In this document: one piece after another, positions 53,931-64,000 of the stretch
Numbering within the stretch: position 1 is the stretch's first letter
How the letters are laid out: every line of letters begins with the position of its first letter
NCBI RefSeq assembly: GCF_009914755.1
Contig: NC_060925.1
DNA from: the human T2T-CHM13v2.0 reference genome, Homo sapiens
DNA: 64,000 nucleotides
Reading direction: 5' to 3' (one strand)
Made by a program: the position numbers and the translations under genes
The notes under the pieces: generated by a model
Seen by the model: the letters and a program-made list of their open reading frames with translations, nothing else
What the model was told of the DNA's origin: nothing
Database searches by the model: none

Positions 53931-56900
53931 AAGAAATGTGTATTTTTAACAAGTGCCCAGGGTGAGTCTTATAAATGGGTAAGTTTGAAGAATACGGAAT
54001 TAGATAACACTCACTTATTCAAGAAATGATCATTGAGCACCATCTATCTTGTTGAATGCTGGAAAACAGAGGAATTATTAATAGATCCATCTAATGAGTG
54101 TGTATGCTCCAAAAGATTGAGAACAGAGAACTAACTGGCATGGGAGCCTGAATGAATGTCTCTTTGTCAGGAAGGGGCAGTCATCACGTCCAGTGGCCGT
54201 GCCACAGAGTGGTGAGAGCATGGGCTCTGGGCCACACGCCTGGGTTTGACTTCTAGCTGTGCCACTGCCTGACTGTGTAACCAGGATGCCTTATTTAACC
54301 CAAGTGTACCTCATTTGTTATAAAATGGAAATGGTAATAAGTCTTCTAGGTTGCTGTGAGGTTTGGATTCATACAAGTATTCAATAAATGCTATTACTAT
54401 TATTGTATTTTACAGTGCCTACTGTCTAGAGTGCTTTCACAAGCATGGATTCATTTGATCCTCACAATAACGTTGAGAGATAGGCATTATTATAAATCTC
54501 ATTTTACAAAGGGATGAGACAATTGAAGCTAAAAGAGATCAAGAAATCCAAACAAGCTAATCATAGTTGAAGCTTGAACCCAGGTCTCTAAACACCACGT
54601 ACTCTACTTTCTCTTATGACAAAATGAGGGAAACAGATTACAGAAGAAGCCTTGAGTACCAATTTTACAAAGTTAAACTTTATTCTGCATCTCTTAGGAA
54701 ACACTTAAGCAGAAGACAGACATGTTGAAATTAGTGATGTGGAAAGTTGAATCTTCTGGGGGTACATGGAAAATTGATACCAGCGAGGACCTTGAGAGAG
54801 AGAGCTCAGCAATTGATTCTGAGGGTAAACAGGGCTTTACAGGATGAGGTTGGAGAGTGCAAATGGAAATAGAGAGACAGAGACTGAAAAGAAAAGGAAA
54901 TGTGCACTAATAAGCAATGACAGTTGATATACAAAATGCTTGCAATGTGATTGTTGAACGTTCAAAATTACAGCTGCTGTTTTTACTTCTAATTTTTAGG
55001 ATCAAAAACTGAGAAAGTTATATATATTATCTTGTTTATTCTGCACGCTTGAGTACTCTTTCTACAACTTTGCCTAGAGCTTTATATTTGCCAAGTTCTG
55101 TAGTCATTATTATTTATTGTTTCTCACTTCAAGGGCCCAAGGTCTCAGCACTCAACTCTAAAAAGTGATATTAGAATGCCTTAGGGACCTGACTGCGGAG
55201 AAAGCTTTTCAGCATCCTAAGCATAAATATTTTCCAAGTAAAAGCATTGATTGGGAAGCTTGAATGGATAAAATTAACTGCTGCAATCTTAAAGATGTCT
55301 GGTTCACATCCTGGATAAAAAGGGAAGAAGCTTTATGGAGCCTATTAATGTCAATATCAAATGACATGAAACAGCATTAAGCTAACCTCCTCTCCAAAAG
55401 CTCATCTATTCAGTTATCTACTATTCCTTAGTGTGGTTCAGTGTCCAAAAAGGTTCCCCATTGTACAACCAGGTGGGAGTCATATGCTGCCTGCCTCCTT
55501 GTCAAGTAATGGATGTGATTTCAAGAGAGATTAAATTGATAGCTAAAGGTCACATGGCTAGTAAGTTACAGAGCCAATATTCAAACCAAGTCCTCATATC
55601 GATCTTTATTGCTCTTTTAGGCTTTCTGAGAAACTTGGCATTGAAAAATAATTTTTAAATAAAGTAAAAATGTTTAATTTCCATCATTTAAAATAATGAT
55701 GAAAAAACTCAAATAGCTGAGAAGTGCTCAAATCAGAGAGCAAAATCACCCTCCCACGCCCCTCAGAGATAATCACCAGTCCAAGCTGATGACATCCTAC
55801 CATCTAATGTGTGTAAGCATGTGTACATGTAAATGTATGTAATGTTCTCTTTGAAAAAAATAAGGACCATTCTATTCATGTACTTCTACAACCTACTATT
55901 TTTTTCCTCAACACCAGATCCCAGGCAGCATTAACATAGAGATCTGCCTTGTTTGCTTTCAAAACCGTTTTCCAATACAACAAAATCTATTTAACTAATT
56001 CCCTATTGATGGGCATTAAAATACTTCTGTAACTATTGTGTGGCCATATTTCTTTGTAAACTAGTACTGTTATGGTGGAAACTCCTAGAAATTCGGTTGC
56101 TGGAGCAAAGGGAATATTTATGTTTTATTTTGATGGATATTTCCAAGTGTCAATTAGCTATCTAAAATAATTCATCCTCCAACGGAGTATAATCCTAGTT
56201 CTCCATATCCTCACCATTATGAAGTATTATTAATCTTTTCAATTTTTGCAGTATGATAAGTAATATGTTCATTTATTCATTCATTTATTCAATCAACACA
56301 TATGTACTGAGTGCCTACCAAGTGCCAGGTACATTTTAGTTCCTCCAGATACTTCAGGGTAAAATACTAAGTTTGTTTCCACACAGATATTAATTTTGTT
56401 TTAGAGGTAAAAGGTAATAAATGTAATAACAAATATATACTGTGTATATAACAGATCAGGTGGTAATAAGAGTTATAAAGAAAAATACAACTAGATAAGC
56501 TTTGAAATTGTTCCAAACACTTACATAGTTTGCTACATGAGTGACAAGTTTTGCTATGATAAGAATTTGAAGTGTAATCTCCTTCCCCTTGACAATGTTA
56601 TGTCACACATTATCAGACCTCATCCATTAGTTACTGACCTTAACTCATCCATGAATTACTGACTCCAAAATACATATAAACTCAAGAGCTTGGCAGACAT
56701 TGAATGCTCAGCCTGTGGCAGTATACACTCTATCAGTCACTTCTTCAAGATTGCTGGCTCAGGCTGTAACAAGGCCGTGCTTAGTTAGCCTTTGAGCCTA
56801 AAGCCTCCTCAGCTGACACTAGCACTGCCCTCTAGCATCGCGAGACCTTAGGTGCCTTCATGGATCTCTCCTGTGTTGGTCAAGTCATCTCTCTTGAGAA

Positions 56901-57179
56901 CCTGTCCTTTGACAGTATGCCTCAAATTTCACTTAGACTTTGCTTTCCACAGAGGCCCTGCTTCTATCCTAATTGAGCAACTAGACTAATAACTGGGCTC
57001 TAACAAAATTGGAACTCACTCTGTGGTTAATGTACGTCATCTATCAAGTGTATTCCCTCTAGATTTGTTCTCATTATTCTTCCCTTCTTTAGGTGATTCA
57101 AAAAGAAACAAAATATCTTTGTATGGCAATACTCTTTGTGATTTGTGAAATCATACTTTGATTATCCCTTATTTTAACT

Positions 57180-57900
57180 ATACAAAATAGAGTGATAGGA
57201 AATTCAGGGAAAGAGGGCTGGAGCTTAGTAGACTGTGCACAGGACGCCTCTCTCATCTTAGACACTTGAACAGAAACCTGAAGAAAAAGAATGGTCCAAG
57301 CATATGTCTATGGGAAGAGCCTTCCTGGCCTAGAGAAGAGCAGGAAAGAAAACCATGGGGCAGGAGTCTATTCATGTGTTTTATAATAGAACAAGGAGAA
57401 GGCCCACATGGCTGAGGCAGAATGAACACAGTGAGGTCAGTGGCAGGAGGTCATGTAAAAACCCTGTACATTTTTAAATTTTAAACAAGTGAAATGAAAA
57501 CCTTTGGAATGTTTTGAGCTGAGGTAGGACATGATCTGACATAGTTTAAAGGATCCCTCCAGCTGCTGGGTAGTGAATAGGCTGCAGAGGCAAAGCTGTG
57601 AGTTGAGTTAGGAGACTAGTGTAAAAATCTAAGGGAAGGATGGTAATGGCTTCAACCAGGGTAGTAGCAGTGAAGATGAGGACAGTGGTCAGATATTTTG
57701 AATGCAGAATTTACAAGATTTCTAATGGTTTGGATATAGGATATGAGAAAAATAGGCAAGTCAAGAATGACCCCAAGGTTTTTGACCTGAACAACTAAAA
57801 AGATAGAATTTTTGTTTACTGAGATAGGGATTGCAGGAGGAACAGGTTGGGAATTGGGGAGAAATGAAGTTTAGCTTGGGTCATGGTAAGTTTGGGAGAA
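57180..57900 (-). mobile_element. L2 fragment
   Basis: gacatgatctgac...gtcaagaatgaccccaaggtttttgacctgaacaact...tttactgagataggg. Confidence 0.7.
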
Positions 57901-58188
57901 GATGAAAAATATGGTGGGCCAGATGGCCTCAGAGTTTCTCTTTGGGTTGCCTGGTGACGCAAGTGGCACAATCGACCCCCATTCCTGAACAGGGGAGTCA
58001 GGGTTCTAGGTGCTACTATTAGTACAACACCCCTTTTCTCAATGAAGTAGGAAAAAATAAAAGGAAAAGGTACTAATTGTCCAACTAGGAGAAAGGAAGG
58101 GTAACTGCTGGAATAAAGAAATGTAGTAATAGGATTACTATGTTACTCTTATTCTCATTGTTTGCATTAGTAGTGAAATTCAGTATCA

Positions 58189-58211
58189 TGTGTGAGTGTG
58201 TGTGTGTGTGT
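58189..58211 (+). repeat. (TG)n microsatellite
   Basis: Read directly. Confidence 0.9.
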
Positions 58212-59149
58212 AATAATTACACCTTAGGACTGACCTAGACAATTGTTTGTGTTTTATCTACCTCTAATTATCTGCTTCTAGGAATAAAGCATCTTTGATT
58301 TAAACTTTTTATAATATTACTATTCTCTTTTAATAAAAGTATAATTTGCTTATTTCAACATTTCAGACTATCGCTATTTAGTTGCCTCTTCTTTACTAGG
58401 AAGATTTTACTGTATTCTGTCTTTACTACATCTTCCAGTCCAGACTAAGGGGGATGGCAGACGGACTGATGTAACCAGTGAGCAACTTCTCTTATCTACC
58501 AATTGCAACCCTTAAAATATATAAGACCTATAATGGTCTGTCATATACTGTCCTGAGCCTCACTTCAGGGGTGATTATGTTTTTAATGAACCTGGTCATT
58601 TGTACAGCCCTCAGCACTTTCTATGTGAGAGGTGCCAGAGAAAAATAAAACCTAGTTCCTGCCCTCATTTGACTTACAGTTTAAGAAAGGAAAGAGGCTC
58701 ATAAACATGAGTATACTAAAATGAGGAAAATACAATTAGCATATTATGGAAACATAGAGGAGGAAAACCTAATTGATTCTGGTACAGTCTGTAAAGCTTC
58801 CAATAGGAAGTAGAATAGCCAAGTCTTAAAGATGATAGGAGGTTGTCTGGTTAAATAGGACAAAAATACATTTCAGGCAGAGAAGACAACTTAGGCAAAG
58901 GTGAGAAACTATGTGAAGTGCATGAGGAACTGCAAGTGCCAATGTACTGTGGGAGCTCAAGGATGAGAATGGCAAACATAAAGCCAAAGTTTCTGGCAAA
59001 AACCACCAGAGATGGAAGACCTCATCTACTAGGTCCAGGAACTTGGACTTCATCCAGGGCTTGAGAAGCCGGTAAAATGATTTGGATGTGACATAAGCAG
59101 GTCAGCCTTCCCTGACAGGACAAATGCATATGTTCTTGGACTTAACATT

Positions 59150-59533
59150 TGCTTTAGTGAGTTTGGGCTGCTGTAGCAAAATACCATAGACTGTATGGCT
59201 TGAATAACAGGCATTTATTCTCATAGTCCTCGATGCTGGGAAATCCAAGATCAAAGTGCTGACAGATTAGGCACCTGCTGAGGACCCTCTTCCTAGTTCA
59301 TAGATGGCCACCTTCTTGCTGTATCCTCACATGGTGGAGAGAGAGGGCTCTGGTCTCTTCTTCTTTTATAAGGGCATGAATCCTATCATGGGGCTTTACC
59401 CTCATGGAGACAAACTTAATTATCTCCCAAAGGTTCCCAGTGGGTCCCAAATGTCCCACTTCGAAATACCATCACATTGGAAATTAGGGCTTCAACACAT
59501 GAATTTTGGAGAAACAAAAATTCAGTCCATAGC
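59150..59533 (-). mobile_element. MLT1A-like LTR
   Basis: gggctgctgtagcaaaataccatagactg...ccaagatcaaagtgctgacagatt...ttcagtccatagca. Confidence 0.8.
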
Positions 59534-59778
59534 ATTACTTAAAGAGAACTCACTAATGCCCTGTCCTTTCATGTTATATACAAAAAGCAGAATAATACAA
59601 AGAATTGAGTGAAAGACTTGGAGCCTGACTCTCCTTCTTATTTGTTATATAATCTTAGGGTAGTCAAAAACTCTGAACCACAATGTTCTGTAAAACTGAG
59701 ATAACAATCTTCATATACTTCATGGATTTTTGTGGGATCTAAATGAATAAGAATGGAACATAAAAGTCCTTTGTAAAC

Positions 59779-60142
59779 TGTATTAGTTCGTTCTCACACT
59801 GCTGTAAAGATACTACATGATACTTGGGAATTTATGAAGAAAAGAGGTTTAATTGACTCACAGTTCTGCATGGCTATGGAGGCCTCAGGAAACTTACAAT
59901 CATGGCAAAAGGGGAAGGGGAAGCAGGGTACATATTACGTGGTGGCAGTGTGTTGGTGGTGGACGGGGTGGGGGCGGGCAGGGGAAATGCCAAGCACTTT
60001 TAAAGCATCAGATTTCATGAGAACAACAGTATGGGGGAAGCCACCACATGATCTAATTACTTCCCACCAGGTTTCTCCTTAACACATGAGGATTACAATT
60101 CAAGATGAGATTTGGGTAGGGACACAGAGCCAAACCATATCA
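59779..60142 (-). mobile_element. THE1/MSTA solo LTR
   Basis: tgtattagttcgttctcac...gagccaaaccatatca; 5-bp TSD taaac/tgaac. Confidence 0.85.
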
Positions 60143-61497
60143 TGAACCATAAAAGCATAATTGAAATGAAAGTTATTATATTTTCATAGGTGCCCATATA
60201 TCAATACCATTTTTGTATGCATTTGTCTCTATCATACTATGAGATTACAGAACCATTTATCTACCTTTGTATCCTCATGTGCTGCATCTTGTTCTGTCTT
60301 CACTGAATAGGTGCTTAAATAATGTTTATCGAATTAAATCAATGTTGGTGGTCACTTATCCTCCTTGTTGCTAAATTTTATAATGTGTGTATAAGAAAAA
60401 TACTTGGCTCATTGAAGGATAAGTCTAGTTAGTCATATACAGAACAATACTCAGATGTTTTCAGGGAAAATGAGTCATATGCATTTGTTTGTTTGGCTTT
60501 CTGCTTAGAATTAATTCTCTCCCTTTTTCAAAAAACCTAGAGACATATTGCACAATTAAACAAAATATTAAAGGACAATTAACATCAAAACAAAATTAGT
60601 CCCATTAAGATGAACAAAGGACCCCAAAGAGCAGAGGAATATTATTAAGCACCTGAAATAGGTTAGTTACTACATTGAAAGCAATTAGTGCTGAAAGCAT
60701 TAATATTTTTCTTTGTTTTATTTCTTCCTTAGTGAACAGTAGTTTTCAGGGAGGGGGAACCATTGTTTCATCTCACGTGCTAGAATCTCAGATTTGTCTT
60801 TGTTCTAAGCATTCATCAATTAAATCTCTATATTCCACAGCAACTATGTATAACATGTTTGAGACTTCCCATTCCTGGCCCTGAACATGTCATCTCCTTT
60901 GGTAACAAGCTATACTCATTCCTGAAGCAATAGTGCCTTAAAGTCATGGTATGATAATTGTTAAAGCACTGCAGAATTCCCTTGGAAAAGCATATTAGAG
61001 CCTTATTAAAACCACATTATTTTATCATGATTTCCAGTAAGAGGACTAGGAAATGAATTACTGAGTAACTTCTTGTTAACACAAAAGAAGCCTGTCACAC
61101 TATATTATATAGTTTAAGATATTAATTATAGGCTTTTCAAATAGAGTATACAATGATGCTCTCCAATACAAATGCCCCACTACCCAAGAATGGTCATAGG
61201 CTTCTTGAGTGTTAGTGTCTGCAGAAAGATGTACTTCCCAGTTAGGCTCTTCACAAATTATTTATACATAAATGAGATTTACACAAAGTTGTTATAATAA
61301 ATATATGCATATGTGCAGGGCCTGGTATGTTTCTATGGATGGGAACCAATGAGATTTCAGTCTGCTTAACATTTCCAAGGATCAACTTCGTATTGGCACA
61401 AGTAAAAAACTCGTGAAAAGAAAAGAAGCCAACAGCTATAGAGAACCCACCAGCACAGCATATACATCTGATTTACTCTTCAAAACTACTTACTCAG

Positions 61498-61911
61498 TGT
61501 ATTAGTCTGTTCTCGCATTGCTATAAAGAAATACTTGAGACTGGGTAATCTATAAAGAAAAGAGGTTTAATTGGCTTATGGTTCTGCAGGTTGTACAGGA
61601 AGCATGATGCTGGCATCTGCTCAGCTTCTGGGGAGGCCTCAGGAAACTTACAATCATGACAGGGGCAGAAAGCAGAGGGGGAGCAGGCACATCACACAGT
61701 GAAAGCAGGCACAAGACAAAGAGAAGGCAAGGTGCTGCACTTTCAAACAGCCAGATCTTGTGAGAAGTCACAGCACCAAGTGGGTGGTGCTAAACCATTC
61801 ATAAGAAGTCTACCTCCATTATCTAATCACCTCCAAGCAGGCCCCACCTCCAACACTGTGGATTGAATTTCAACATGAAACGTAGGTGGGGCAAATATCC
61901 AAACTATCTCA
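61498..61911 (-). mobile_element. MST solo LTR
   Basis: tgtattagtctgttctcgc...ccaaactatctca; exact 5-bp TSD ctcag. Confidence 0.88.
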
Positions 61912-61974
61912 CTCAGCAACCTATTTTTAGAGACAAAGAAACTGAAGCACAGAGGGCTTAAAAAATTGGCCTTC

Positions 61975-62262
<288 letters not shown>

Positions 62263-62710
62263 TATTGACTTCCTTAGGGACAAAGTTGAGAAATTCAGCT
62301 TGATCTCTGTCTGATTCCAAGGAACATCCTTTCTCCAGCTTTTATACTGCAACACATCCTTTACCCATGATGCTTGGAGGGAGAGGTATATAAGATCAGT
62401 TTCCCCTTTAGGCACAGAGAATTAAAAATGGAAGTATTTTTAAAATATGTTGCTTTTCTACCTTAATAAACAGGATATATTGAACTTAGTTTAACCTTTT
62501 TTTTTAACTGGAAGACCATTTTGCTTATTACACTGTAGATGTAGATTGACTGGAACGTCATGCAGACCTCATGGTGAGCCTGGACTATGAAGACAAAAGC
62601 AACATCTTACAGAAGGTTAAGAGATAGAAAGATCCTGGGGCCCTGAGGACTTCACAAAGAAGAGCCCCTATAACTGCTCCTAGGTTTACACAAAAGAGAA
62701 ATGGCTATAC

Positions 62711-62918
62711 CAGGGGTTGGCAACTATTTTCTGTAAAAGATCAGATGGTAAATATTTTAGGCTTTGCAGCCCACACAATCTCTATCACAGCTACCACCTC
62801 TACAACAGCTACAGACGATTCATAAAAGAACGGGTGTGGCTATATTCCAATAAAAATTTATTTACAAAAACAGGTGGTGGGCCAGATTTGTTCCCAAAAC
62901 CATGGTTTGCTGACTCCT
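62711..62918. mobile_element. MER58A-like hAT DNA transposon
   Basis: TIR-like ends caggggttggcaa ... ttgctgactcctg. Confidence 0.75.
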
Positions 62919-64000
62919 GATCTATGTAATCGAAAGCATGTTATTTTAGGTCTGTCAAAGCAGTTGAATCTATATTCTGAGTTATTTAAGTGCTAATCTG
63001 AGGTTTGTTAAACCTGTTTTTCTTACCATCTGGTTGCTATCTTGCCATTTTTTTCCTCTTAAAAGTAGAGAGAAATTTCAGTTGCATGACTTTTGTGTAG
63101 AGTAATATGACCATCCTTCCGTAAAATTATTCACTGAATGAAAGATCAAAGTAGCTTGTTCTTTCACTCAAAGGAATCATCATCTTCACAGTCCTTATCA
63201 GTTTCTTTTTTAATTTTGGCAGAACTCAAGCATTGTGGTTTTTCAGTATCAGAATCCCCTTTACAAGCTTGTCAGCTCCAACCCGTTTTCTTTTATTTAT
63301 TTTATAAACATTTTTAGGCACACATACATCAGGCACTGGGCTAATCCTCTTTCTTTCACTTACTGCTCTGTAAAGTGAGATTAATTTTCATGGGTAAAAT
63401 TTTACCCCTTATGGATTTTTTTAAAGAATTTGCCCTAAAACCATCAGAGCCATTTTTGGAACTGTATTATTAAGACTTCCCATCTTAGGTAACATTTATA
63501 GTGTCTAGTTATTTGAACCTCTTTGGTTATATCCAAGTTCATTCTGGTAATCTGAGAATCTAAGATTTCTGTGTATATATTTGAGGTTTTATTGTAAGAC
63601 AGAACTAATAGATGGCTTTATGAGGGAATACATGAGTCATGTATGTGGAATCTTTCTACAATTAAAATTAAATTAACTGTGGTTATAATGGAGTAACTTG
63701 CAGCAACACAATCAAGATAAGGAAAAAAAAAGCTATATTAAAAAATATTCATGAAGCCATAAGAGTTGAAGAGGCATCCAGGATATGAAGGATCAAGATC
63801 CTAGAAAGAAGGAAATATTACTGACTTGAACCTGACAATTGGATCAGGACTTTTTCCTATTTGCTAAATATTGAAGAGTGAGTTGAGAGGCTAAGAAGAT
63901 GGGTGGAAGACAGCTAAACATAGAAAGAGAATACAACAGAGCTTCCAACAATGTCATGAGACTGAAGAAGTAAAAGTTGGGTTCACGTGTCTATGGGAAT

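Overview
Primate (almost certainly human) genomic DNA, repeat-rich and AT-rich. Bases 1-~35110 hold the 3' part of a + strand gene. I recognise it from its spliced peptide as UBE2U, a ubiquitin-conjugating E2 (human 1p31.3 between ROR1 and CACHD1, from memory). Four coding exons (507-595, 9533-9614, 28454-28545, 34875-35059) join in frame and end in an acidic tail, with AATAAA at 35083. A candidate alternative terminal exon starts at 12011. The rest is intergenic. Repeats: a full-length, inactivated L1PA3-type LINE-1 (41285-47460) that keeps the ~129-bp ZNF93-target segment and an open ORF0, a near-full-length old L1PA, truncated L1s, about 15 Alus, MaLR/ERV LTRs, MIR/L2 and MER DNA transposons. 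Most ORF-track entries are repeat-derived or chance. I found no convincing new multi-gene system. Best leads: (1) three splicing outcomes all end the protein at ...WNLK*, removing the acidic tail; (2) a MaLR LTR with a ~29-bp flanking duplication that doubled an AP-1 site; (3) two templated-insertion scars copied from 2-3 kb away; (4) a CpG-preserved Alu/CRE/CTCF cluster downstream of the gene; (5) L1 3' transductions. Repeat subfamily labels and boundaries are by eye and approximate.
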